Under the pieces are notes generated by a model. It was given only the letters and a program-made list of their open reading frames with translations. It had not been told where the DNA came from and did no database searches. A program made the position numbers and the translations under genes. Shown in pieces: positions 45,881-56,121 of a stretch of 64,000 nt of DNA (positions are counted from its first letter, which is position 1; each line of letters begins with the position of its first letter). Location of the stretch: assembly GCA_016212855.1 (NCBI GenBank), contig JACRDP010000003.1, forward strand, positions 29,283-93,282, read 5' to 3'. Origin of the DNA: Elusimicrobiota bacterium (lineage in GTDB: Bacteria > Elusimicrobiota > Elusimicrobia > UBA1565 > UBA9628).

Positions 45881-46921
45881 GTGAGCCAGGCGGATTTTCC
45901 GGCGCTGTCCATCTCTGCGTGGCAGGTCATCCAGGCCATGCGCGACGGCGTCGTGCTCACCGACCCGCGCGGCTCGATCATGGCCGTCAACGACGTCTTC
46001 TGCGCCGTCACCGGCTACGCGCGGGACGAAGTCATGGGACGAAACCCCCGCCTCCTCCATTCGGGAAGGCACGATCACGCTTTCTACTGCCGCCTGTGGT
46101 CCGACGTCCTGAAAACCGGCGTCTGGCAGGGCGAGATATGGAACCGGCGGAAAAACGGCGAGATCTACCCGGAATGGCTCACGATCAGCTCGATCAAAGA
46201 CGCGTGGGGACACACCCGCTGCTATCTCGGGGTTTTCCGCGACATCACGAGCCCGAAGCTCGATGAAGAACGGCTCAAGCATCTGGCGCAGTACGACGCT
46301 CTCACGAGCTTGCCCAATCGCCGCACCTTCACCGAACGGCTCAAGCGCGTCCTGGCGAACCGTCCGGCGCAGCATCGGCTCGGCATCCTCTTTCTCGACC
46401 TCGACCATTTCAAGGACATCAACGACCGGTGGAGCCACAGCGCGGGCGACGCGTTCCTGCAGGCGGTCGGCGCGCGCCTGCGCTCCTGCGTGCGGCGCAG
46501 CGACTACACGGCGCGCTGGGCGGGAGACGAGTTCGCCGTCCTGCTCCACCCCGTCGCCGGGCGCCGGGGCGCCGCGCGCGTCGCGGCGAAAATACTGCGC
46601 GCCCTGCGGCGGCCGTTCAGCGTTCTGGGCCGCCGGACCAAGATCTCCGCCAGCGTCGGCGTCTGCCTGTACAACGGCGAGGGCTCGGCGGAACGGCTGA
46701 TCGACCGGGCGGACCGGGCGATGTACGCGGTCAAGGAAAAGGGGCGCAACGACGTCGGCTTCTGGTCCTCGGCCGTTTCGTTGCGGCGTCGTTCGGCGAC
46801 CCCTCAGAGAGGGGCCGCCGCAAAGGACGTAAAGAAGGACCGGAACACGCCGCAGGCCCGGACAGGGATGGGGTCCATGAGACGGCGATCCGGAGTTCGT
46901 AAAGGGCCGAGCGGTTCGTAG
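45881..46921 (+). CDS. PAS-GGDEF diguanylate cyclase (motif reads AGDEF). The C-terminal ~55 codons run through the next promoter and leader.
   Basis: PAS region (VLTDPRGSIMAVNDVFCAVTGYARDEV) and GGDEF domain (LFLDLDHFKDINDRWSHSAGD, RWAGDEFAVLL, DRADRAMYAVKEKGRN). Alternative start ATG 45938. Confidence 0.85.
   Translation: MSQADFPALSISAWQVIQAMRDGVVLTDPRGSIMAVNDVFCAVTGYARDEVMGRNPRLLHSGRHDHAFYCRLWSDVLKTGVWQGEIWNRRKNGEIYPEWLTISSIKDAWGHTRCYLGVFRDITSPKLDEERLKHLAQYDALTSLPNRRTFTERLKRVLANRPAQHRLGILFLDLDHFKDINDRWSHSAGDAFLQAVGARLRSCVRRSDYTARWAGDEFAVLLHPVAGRRGAARVAAKILRALRRPFSVLGRRTKISASVGVCLYNGEGSAERLIDRADRAMYAVKEKGRNDVGFWSSAVSLRRRSATPQRGAAAKDVKKDRNTPQARTGMGSMRRRSGVRKGPSGS
46770..46785 (+). promoter_or_regulatory. 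Sigma-54-type promoter CGGCCGTTTCGTTGCG (leader copy 1)
   Basis: Correct GG/GC spacing. Predicted +1 near 46796, 156 nt before ATG 46952. Confidence 0.55.
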
Positions 46922-46951
46922 CCGCCCGGCCTTCCTTTTGGAGCGTTGGAC
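46796..46951 (+). promoter_or_regulatory. Structured 5' leader, copy 1 (candidate riboswitch or attenuator) ending in an intrinsic terminator
   Basis: Hairpin cccctc-aga-gagggg, then the conserved module 46848-46939 shared with 47697-47790 and 55348-55442. The terminator is gggccgagcgg/ccgcccggcc plus ttcctttt (46904-46939). Confidence 0.6.
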
Positions 46952-47581
46952 ATGAGACATCCGTACGCCTACGAGCACGGGAACAATCTCTACGTCAACC
47001 TGACGTCTCTGTGTCCGACCGACTGCGTCTTCTGTCCGAAGCGCGAGTCCGGGCGGCGTTTCCGCGGGCACGACCTCTCGCTCGACGGCGAGCCGGAGCT
47101 CGACGAGATTTGGGCCGACGTGCTCGAGCGCGCCGCGCGACGCTCGTACAGCGAGTTCGTCTTCTGCGGCTACGGCGAGAGCACGTACCGGCTCGACGCG
47201 ATCACCCAGCTCAGCGAGCGCATGAAGAAGTTCTTCCCGCGCAGCGGCCGCCGCCTGAACACGATCGGCCTCGGCAGCATGATTTGGGGACGAGACATCG
47301 TCCCGGAACTGGCCGAGTCGCTGACGAACGTCAGCGTCAGCCTCAATACGGCCGATCCGCGGCAGTGGCGGCGGCTGCACCGGCCGCGCCCCGAGATGCG
47401 CGCGGGAGGCTTCGAGGGAGCGCTCGAATTCGTGCGCTCCTGCGTTCTGTCCGATCTGCGCGCGACGGTGACCGCCGTCGAACTCCCGGGCGTGGATCTG
47501 CCCGCGGTCGAGAGGCTCGCGCGCTCGCTCGGAGCGGAATTCGCCGTGCGCCCCCGGCTGACGGCCGCCGAGACGAGCTGA
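46952..47581 (+). CDS. Small radical-SAM protein
   Basis: CPTDCVFC is the CX3CX2C 4Fe-4S/SAM motif near the N-terminus. GGAG lies 8 nt before ATG 46952 (the ORF track starts at TTG 46946). Confidence 0.75.
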   Translation: MRHPYAYEHGNNLYVNLTSLCPTDCVFCPKRESGRRFRGHDLSLDGEPELDEIWADVLERAARRSYSEFVFCGYGESTYRLDAITQLSERMKKFFPRSGRRLNTIGLGSMIWGRDIVPELAESLTNVSVSLNTADPRQWRRLHRPRPEMRAGGFEGALEFVRSCVLSDLRATVTAVELPGVDLPAVERLARSLGAEFAVRPRLTAAETS

Positions 47582-47596
47582 GACGTTTTGTTGCGG
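47581..47596 (+). promoter_or_regulatory. Degenerate sigma-54-like element GAGACGTTTTGTTGCG (leader copy 2)
   Basis: The -12 half is conserved, but the -24 position reads AG instead of GG. Confidence 0.3.
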
Positions 47597-47606
47597 CATT
47601 GAGGGC

Positions 47607-47790
47607 GCCGAGGGACAATCAGGGGTGAGCCCCCTCCCCGGCACCCAAGGCCCTCTCAGAGAGAGGGCGCCGGAAAGACGGCGTCGGACCGGAAACTGCC
47701 GCGGGCCCGGACAGGAACGGGGTCCTTGAGACGGCGATCCGGAGTGAGTAAAGGGCCGAGCGGTTCGTAGCCGCCCGGCCTTCCTTTTTT
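47607..47790 (+). promoter_or_regulatory. Structured leader, copy 2 (longest version) ending in an intrinsic terminator
   Basis: Extra hairpins agggg-tgag-cccct and ccctctc-aga-gagaggg, then the conserved module 47697-47790. The terminator stem at 47753-47782 is followed by a U-tract (tt cc tttttt). Confidence 0.6.
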
Positions 47791-47802
47791 CCCCGCCCCC
47801 CC

Positions 47803-47818
47803 CGGCCGAAACGTTGCG
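47803..47818 (+). promoter_or_regulatory. Sigma-54-type promoter CGGCCGAAACGTTGCG (methyltransferase)
   Basis: Located just 3' of the copy-2 terminator. The -12 C (47817) is 13 nt before GTG 47830. Confidence 0.55.
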
Positions 47819-47829
47819 GTCAGTGCTGC

Positions 47830-49026
47830 GTGAAGAAGACCATGCAAACCGTCGTTTCCCCGGGCGTCGGCAACACCCGCTCCGAGGCCTTCGTCAACGT
47901 CGCCGACCGCAACACCTACGCGTGGTGGGCGATTCTTCTGGCCTCGGTGGCCCTCGCCGGAACGGTGGGCCCGCTCGGCGGCTTCTTCTGGGTCGCCGCG
48001 CTCGCTCTCGACGACGTTCTCCTCTGGGGGTTCGGAAAATCCCTCCTGTTCGATTCGCAGCTGCGGGTGCGCCGCAACTACCAGTGGATACACAATCTGT
48101 ACGACGGCACCACGGGAGCCGGCCGTGACCTGGGCTTCAACCTGCTGACCGGCGGCCGCCTGTCCCAGCGCGCGAAGTACGAGCACATGGCCAAGGCGCT
48201 CGGCCTGCGTAAGGGCATGCGCATCTGCGACGTCGGCTGCGGATACGGCGACTGGCTCCGGTATTGCCGCGAAGAGCTCGGCTGCGAGGCCGTGGGGATC
48301 AACCTGACGCCCGAGCAGGCCGCCTACGCCCGCCGCGAGTACGGCCTCGAGGTGCACACGACGAACTGGAAGGACATCCCCGGCGATACGCTCCTCCGGG
48401 CGAGGCTGTACGGCCGCTTCGACGCCGTCACCTTCATGGACACCGTCGAGCACTACGTCAGCATGGAGGACCGCGACGATCTCCCCAAGCAGCGCGCGAT
48501 CTACTCCGACATGTGCCGGCTGGCCGCGGACCTGATCGACCCGAATTCCCCTTCGGGGCGTGTGTTCGTCTCCTGCCTGCACCAGACGCGCAGGCCGCGC
48601 GGCTGGAAGTTCTATTGGCACGCCTACTTCATGGACAAGATGTACTCCGGCCATTATCCCTTCGTCGACGAAGGCCCGCTCGCGGCGTGCCGGCCCTGGT
48701 TCGACGTGCTGGACATCGAGGACCGGACCGAGGACTACCGGCTGACCGGCGTCGTGGACCGCAGCCACTTCCAGGCCGTGTCCGTCCGGCCGACGCCGCG
48801 CAAAGCGGCGTACGCGGCCGCCCTGATGCTCCTCGATCCGCACGTCCTGCACCGGCTGATGTACTACGCCTGCGACTCCTGGATGTTCTTCTACGGCGAC
48901 GACCCTTACAGCCCGGAGTACGATCCGGAGCGCCGCCGGAAAACGAGCTACGTCCTGCTCTACTGGATCACGTTGGAGCTGAAGCGAGGAGGACGTCATG
49001 GGCGCGCCATTTCCGCACCGCTATGA
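47830..49026 (+). CDS. SAM-dependent methyltransferase, cyclopropane-fatty-acid/mycolic-acid synthase family, with an N-terminal TM segment
   Basis: SAM motif I ICDVGCGYGDW and CMAS-like length and layout. Alternative start ATG 47842. Confidence 0.8.
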   Translation: MKKTMQTVVSPGVGNTRSEAFVNVADRNTYAWWAILLASVALAGTVGPLGGFFWVAALALDDVLLWGFGKSLLFDSQLRVRRNYQWIHNLYDGTTGAGRDLGFNLLTGGRLSQRAKYEHMAKALGLRKGMRICDVGCGYGDWLRYCREELGCEAVGINLTPEQAAYARREYGLEVHTTNWKDIPGDTLLRARLYGRFDAVTFMDTVEHYVSMEDRDDLPKQRAIYSDMCRLAADLIDPNSPSGRVFVSCLHQTRRPRGWKFYWHAYFMDKMYSGHYPFVDEGPLAACRPWFDVLDIEDRTEDYRLTGVVDRSHFQAVSVRPTPRKAAYAAALMLLDPHVLHRLMYYACDSWMFFYGDDPYSPEYDPERRRKTSYVLLYWITLELKRGGRHGRAISAPL

Positions 49027-49426
49027 GGTGACCTTGTCCTCGGCCGGCGGGTCGCAGGGAACGCTGAGCGCCGGGCCGCGCCCGGCCCTGGCCGGCGGCC
49101 CGCCGCCCGAGTTCGACGGCGACGAGCGCCGGTGGAGCCCGGAGCACCTGCTCCTCGCCTCGGCCGGCCTGTGCTTCATGACGACCTTCGCCGCGATCGC
49201 GGCGAAATCGAAGCTCGACTACTCCGGCTACGAAAGCCGCGCGGAGGGCGTGCTCGACAAGACGCCGGAGGGGCTGCGTTTCACGCGCATCACGCTGCGC
49301 GTGACGGTCAGCGGCGCCGATCCCGACAAAGCCGCGCGCCTGTTCGAGCTGGCCAAGAAGCACTGCATCGTGTCGAACAGCCTGCGCGTTCCCGTCGAGG
49401 TCGAGGCCGCCGTCGCGGCGGCCTGA
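48998..49426 (+). CDS. OsmC/Ohr-family peroxiredoxin-like protein
   Basis: SPEHLLLASAGLCFMTTF and KKHCIVSNSL carry the two conserved Cys. GGAGGA precedes the ATG. Confidence 0.85.
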   Translation: MGAPFPHRYEVTLSSAGGSQGTLSAGPRPALAGGPPPEFDGDERRWSPEHLLLASAGLCFMTTFAAIAAKSKLDYSGYESRAEGVLDKTPEGLRFTRITLRVTVSGADPDKAARLFELAKKHCIVSNSLRVPVEVEAAVAAA

Positions 49427-49433
49427 GGCCGCC

Positions 49434-50475
49434 ATGAGCCGCCCTGCGGGGCCGCCTGACTCGAGCCGGATTTTTCTCTTCGGCGCCGGCCTGCTGATCG
49501 CCCTGCTCGGCCTGCGCATCTTCGCCCCGTTCCTGGGCGCGCTGCTCGCGGCCGCCTCGGTCGCCCTGCTGCTCGCGCCGGCCCGCCGCGCGCTGTCCGT
49601 TCGCGCGTCGGGCCGCCCCACCGGCGCCGCGCTGGCGCTCACGGCGCTGGTCTCGCTGCTGGTCGTCCTCCCGCTCCTTCTCTGCGGCTGGCTCATCCTG
49701 CGCGAGGCCGCGGACGCCTATCCGGCGGCGCGGGCCTGGCTGGAAAGAATGTCCGGACCGGACGCCCCGGCCTGGACGCCGTCGCCGAGATGGGCCGACG
49801 CCGTCCAAACGGCGCGCGGCTACGCCGCGATGCTGAAGCTCGACCCCAGGACGATCGTGCTCGAAAATCTCGATCAGGCCAGTTCCTGGGCCGCCCTGTT
49901 CACGCGCTCCGCGGTCGCGAACGCCGCGTTCGTTCTGCTCAATTTCGCCGTATTCATGGCCTCGCTGTTCCTGTTCCTGCGGGACGGGGCACGTCTGCGC
50001 GAACGCGCGACGTCACTCATTCCCTTGCCCGCGGATAAAACAGACGCCCTGATATCCCGCGTGTGCGACGTCATGCTCGCCGTGGTCAACGGCATGTTCG
50101 TGGTCGCCCTGCTTCAAGGCGCGCTCGCCTGGGCGGGGTTCGCGCTGTTCCGGGTACCTTTCTCATTTCTTCTCGGGGCGGCCTGCGTCGCGCTCTCTCC
50201 CATCCCCTTCGTCGGCTCGACGCTCGTCTGGGTGCCGGTCGTGATCTACGTCGCGCTGTCGGGAGCGACGATGAAGGCGGCGGCGTTGACGCTCTGGTTC
50301 CTGCTGATCGTCGGTCTCTCCGACAACATCGTGCGCCCGATCCTCCTGGGAGCGCGGATGAAGCTTCCCATTCCACTCGTCTTCATCGGCGTCATCGGAG
50401 CGATGAAGGCCTTCGGGCTCGCGGGGCTGTTCATCGGCCCGCTCGTGATCGCGCTCGCCTTCGGCCTCCTCGACA

Positions 50476-50501
<26 letters not shown>
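49434..50501 (+). CDS. AI-2E family transporter (PerM/YdiK-like)
   Basis: 355-aa protein with about 8 TM helices and the conserved PFVGSTLVWVP / SDNIVRPIL region. Confidence 0.8.
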
Positions 50502-53025
<2,524 letters not shown>

Positions 53026-53036
53026 TCCCTCGATAA

Positions 53037-53052
53037 GGCAACGATCCGGCCA
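53037..53052 (-). promoter_or_regulatory. Sigma-54-type promoter TGGCCGGATCGTTGCC (P-type ATPase)
   Basis: The -12 C (53038) is 13 nt before ATG 53025. The core is identical to the rhodanese promoter. Confidence 0.6.
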
Positions 53053-53085
53053 CGGCCGCCGTCGCGGCGGTTTAGCAGCCGTTAT

Positions 53086-53101
53086 TGGCCGGGATGTTGC
53101 G
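53086..53101 (+). promoter_or_regulatory. Sigma-54-type promoter TGGCCGGGATGTTGCG (hsp20-ubiB)
   Basis: Predicted +1 near 53112, giving a 19-nt leader with GGGAGGGAGG before ATG 53131. Confidence 0.6.
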
Positions 53102-53130
53102 CCCCGGATTGCGACGGGAGGGAGGACGCC

Positions 53131-53607
53131 ATGGCCATCAAACATGCGGTAAAAAAAAGCAACGGTTCGGCGTGGGAGCCGGTGCACGACATCTTGGAGG
53201 GGGTCGAGCAGGCCGTGGCCGGAGGCTGGTACCCGGCGCGCAATCTGCTGCTCTCCCGCCTGGCCGAGGCCGCGCGCCCGCAACTGGCCGCGTGGGTCCC
53301 GGAGGCCGACCTTGAGGAAACCCCGAGCGAGTTCACGGTCTCCTTCGCCCTTCCGGGCGTCGACAAGGCCGACATCCGCGTGAATGTGACGGAGGACACG
53401 CTGACCGTCAGCGGCCGCCGCCGCGACAACGAGAAAGCCCGCGACGAACGCCGGCGCGAGTTGCCGCGCGGCGAGTTTTTGCGCCGCGTCAGGCTTCCGG
53501 ACGAGGTCAAACCCGCGTCCGCGAAGGCCGCCTGCCGCAACGGCGTTCTGCGCGTCGTGCTTGAGCGCGCCCGCGTCCGCGCCGGGCGCAGCGTGAAAGT
53601 CGACTGA
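53131..53607 (+). CDS. Hsp20/alpha-crystallin small heat-shock protein
   Basis: Alpha-crystallin domain (FTVSFALPGVDKADIRVNVTEDTLTVSGRR ... GVLRVVL). Confidence 0.85.
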   Translation: MAIKHAVKKSNGSAWEPVHDILEGVEQAVAGGWYPARNLLLSRLAEAARPQLAAWVPEADLEETPSEFTVSFALPGVDKADIRVNVTEDTLTVSGRRRDNEKARDERRRELPRGEFLRRVRLPDEVKPASAKAACRNGVLRVVLERARVRAGRSVKVD

Positions 53608-53617
53608 AGGAGGGGTT

Positions 53618-55300
53618 ATGGGCGGTCTCGCGGTCCTGGGACGGACCTACCGTCACCTGAACAGGTACCGCGAGGTCGCCGCGATCCTCACCAAGCACGG
53701 CTTCGGGGATTTGTTGCACGTCCTGAAACTCGACTCGCATCTCGAGGCCGGCTTGCACGCCGTCATGAAGCATCCGCCCGTGGACGCCGCCTCGCGCCCC
53801 GAGCGCGTACGTCTGGCGATCCAGGAGTTGGGCACCACCTTCGTGAAGGCCGGCCAATACCTCTCGACGCGCTCCGATCTGCTCGCTCCGGAGTACCTGC
53901 GCGAGCTGGCCAAGCTCCAGGACCGCGTGCCGCCCTTCCCCGGCTCCGAGGCCCGCCATGCCGTCGAAAAGGAGCTGGGCGCGCCGCTCTCCCGGCATTT
54001 CTCCCGCTTCGACCTCCACCCGCTGGCCGCCGCCTCGATCGCGCAGATCCACGCGGCCGCGCTGCGCGACGGCCGCGAGGTCGTCGTCAAGGTCCTGCGG
54101 CCCGACGTCCGCCGCCTCGTCGCCGTGGACCTCGAGATCATGACGCACCTGGCGGGGCTCGCCGAGAAGCATCTCGAGGCGTGGCGCCCGCGCCGGCCCA
54201 AAGCCGTGGTCGCCGAGATCGCCCGCTCGCTCGACCGTGAAATGGATCTGTCGATGGAGGCGGCGCACACCGAGCGCTTCGCCCGGCAGTTCGCCGACGA
54301 CGCGACCGTGCGCGTTCCCGCGACGCACCGCGCCCTGAGCTCCGCCCAAATTCTGACGCTCGAACGCCTGGACGGGGTCAAGCCGGGAAGCGCCCGCGCG
54401 CTCGAACGCGCGGGGCTCGATCCGCGCGTCGCGGCCGAACGGCTGGCCGCCCATTATCTCGCGATGATCTTCACTCACGGCTTTTTCCACGCCGACCCGC
54501 ACCCGGGGAACATCCTGGTCCAGCCGGACCACGTGATCGCCTATCTCGATTTCGGCATGATGGGACGACTCGACCGGGGGTCGCGCGAGGCGTTGGCCGA
54601 CGTCGTCTTCGCGCTCTCCGAGCGGGACGAGGCCCGGCTCGCGCGCGCGCTGCTCGCGCTCGCGGACAAAAACGACGAGCCGGATCCGCACGCCTTCGAG
54701 GCCGACATGGCCGAGCTCATGGACCAGTACGCCTACCGTCCCCTCTCGGAGTGGCGGCTCGGGCGCATGCTCGAGCAGCTGTTTCAAACCACGGCCAGGC
54801 ACGACGTGCGCATACCGCCGGATCTCTTCCTGATGGTCAAGGCGCTGACCGAACTCGAGAGCCTCGCGCTGCTCCTTGATCCCCGCTTCGACGCCGTCAC
54901 CGCCTGCGCTCCCTTCGTCCGTCGCGTGCATGAGGAGCGCGCGTCTCCCGCCCGCCTCACGGAGCGCCTGACGCAGGCCGGACGCGAGACGCTGAATCTG
55001 CTGGCCTCGGCTCCCGGCGAACTGCGCGCGCTGATCCAAGCGGCACGCCGAGGCCGCCTGCTCATCGAGTTCGAGCACAAGGGGCTCGAGCCGACGCTCG
55101 CCGAACTCGATCAGATCAGCAACCGGCTCGCCTTCGCGGTTCTGCTGGGCTCGCTGGTGATCGGCTCCGCTCTGCTCGTACACTCGGGCCTGCCGCCGCA
55201 CTGGCGCGGGATGCCGGTCCTGGGCCTGGCCGGCTTTCTGCTCTCCGCGCTGATGGCGTTCTGGCTCCTGCTCGCCATACTCCGGCACGGACGCCTCTGA
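53618..55300 (+). CDS. ubiB: ABC1/UbiB-family atypical kinase
   Basis: FVKAGQYLSTRSDLL, AAASIAQIH and HADPHPGNIL motifs, with C-terminal TM helices. Confidence 0.85.
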   Translation: MGGLAVLGRTYRHLNRYREVAAILTKHGFGDLLHVLKLDSHLEAGLHAVMKHPPVDAASRPERVRLAIQELGTTFVKAGQYLSTRSDLLAPEYLRELAKLQDRVPPFPGSEARHAVEKELGAPLSRHFSRFDLHPLAAASIAQIHAAALRDGREVVVKVLRPDVRRLVAVDLEIMTHLAGLAEKHLEAWRPRRPKAVVAEIARSLDREMDLSMEAAHTERFARQFADDATVRVPATHRALSSAQILTLERLDGVKPGSARALERAGLDPRVAAERLAAHYLAMIFTHGFFHADPHPGNILVQPDHVIAYLDFGMMGRLDRGSREALADVVFALSERDEARLARALLALADKNDEPDPHAFEADMAELMDQYAYRPLSEWRLGRMLEQLFQTTARHDVRIPPDLFLMVKALTELESLALLLDPRFDAVTACAPFVRRVHEERASPARLTERLTQAGRETLNLLASAPGELRALIQAARRGRLLIEFEHKGLEPTLAELDQISNRLAFAVLLGSLVIGSALLVHSGLPPHWRGMPVLGLAGFLLSALMAFWLLLAILRHGRL

Positions 55301-55320
55301 CGGACGCCCTGGACGCGCCG

Positions 55321-55336
55321 AGGCCGTATTGTTGCG
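55321..55336 (+). promoter_or_regulatory. Sigma-54-type promoter AGGCCGTATTGTTGCG (leader copy 3)
   Basis: Correct spacing. Predicted +1 near 55347. Confidence 0.5.
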
Positions 55337-55346
55337 ACATCGTTGG

Positions 55347-55481
55347 GCGCCGCAGGGCCCGGACAAGAGCCGGGCCCGTCAGTCGGCGATCCGGAGCGAC
55401 GCAAAGGGCCGAGCGGTTTCGCGACCGCCCGGCCTTCCTTTGCTCGCCGGCGCGGCCGGTCCGGTATCCAATGGGGGCGAA
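55347..55481 (+). promoter_or_regulatory. Structured leader, copy 3 (minimal version) with an intrinsic terminator
   Basis: Helix cgccg (55348-52) / cggcg (55384-88) encloses the hairpin gggcccgg-acaagag-ccgggccc. The tail tccgg is complementary to ccgga. The terminator is at 55406-55442. Confidence 0.6.
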
Positions 55482-56060
55482 ATGCGCATATTCCGGAACA
55501 TGTTCGAAGCCTGGAGAACTTACCCGAACGCCGTCGTCGCCCTCGGAAAGTTCGACGCGATCCACCGCGGCCACAAGCGGGTGCTGCGCCTGGCCGTCCG
55601 GAAGGCGAAGGCGTTCAAGACCTTCTGCCTCGTCGTCACCTTCGATCCGTCCGCCGAGCAATATCTTCGTCTCTATCCCAGCCGGCCGGTGCTGACCATG
55701 GCCGAGCGCATCGCGTTGCTCGGCAAGCTCGGCGTCGACGGCGTGGTGCTGCTCCCTTTCGACAAGAAGCTGGCCTGCCTGTCTCCCGAGGCGTTCGCCA
55801 AGGACGTCCTCGCCCTTCAGCTCAAGCCGATGGCGGTGTGCGTGGGCGAGGATTTCTGCTTCGGCAAGAACCGCGCCGGCAGGGTCGCGACGCTCCAGGA
55901 GCTCGGCCCCGAGCTCGGCTTCCTCGTCTATCCGGTGCCGCTGCTGTCCGCCGGCGGAGAGAAGATCAGCGCGACGCGCATACGGACCTTGCTCGAACGG
56001 GGGCGCAAAGCCGAAGCCGAAGCGCTTCTCGGGCGGAAGCTCCGGTCCGCCCCCGTCTAA
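55482..56060 (+). CDS. FAD-synthetase-like FMN adenylyltransferase domain protein (no riboflavin kinase domain)
   Basis: ALGKFDAIHRGHKRVL matches the RibF N-terminal nucleotidyltransferase motif. 192 aa only. Confidence 0.7.
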   Translation: MRIFRNMFEAWRTYPNAVVALGKFDAIHRGHKRVLRLAVRKAKAFKTFCLVVTFDPSAEQYLRLYPSRPVLTMAERIALLGKLGVDGVVLLPFDKKLACLSPEAFAKDVLALQLKPMAVCVGEDFCFGKNRAGRVATLQELGPELGFLVYPVPLLSAGGEKISATRIRTLLERGRKAEAEALLGRKLRSAPV

Positions 56061-56121
56061 TACAACCGGTCGAAGACGATGCGGCAGACCAGAGCGCCCA
56101 GCGACGCGGCCGGGAGCCCGG

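Noticed and set aside
45872-45887. Minus-strand TGGCTCACGCCCTGCG as the hemerythrin promoter, with a start at ATG 45864.
   Set aside because: The -12 element is CTGC, not TTGC, and the predicted +1 falls inside the ATG. It also overlaps the strong plus-strand promoter. The better motif at 45827-45842 fits ATG 45816.
46848-46900. Resemblance of the conserved leader core to known riboswitches. These were guanidine-III (CCGGAC, CAGG, ACAAGA and GACGGCG strings), SAH (GCUGC...CAGG...ACGGCGCUC), c-di-GMP-II (GACGCAAAG in copy 3) and ykkC (GGUCC.GAGA).
   Set aside because: The similar strings are in a different order or topology. They are also not conserved across the three copies: ACAAGA and GACGCAAAG occur only in copy 3. 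GC-rich short matches are expected by chance, so no assignment is made without a covariance-model search.
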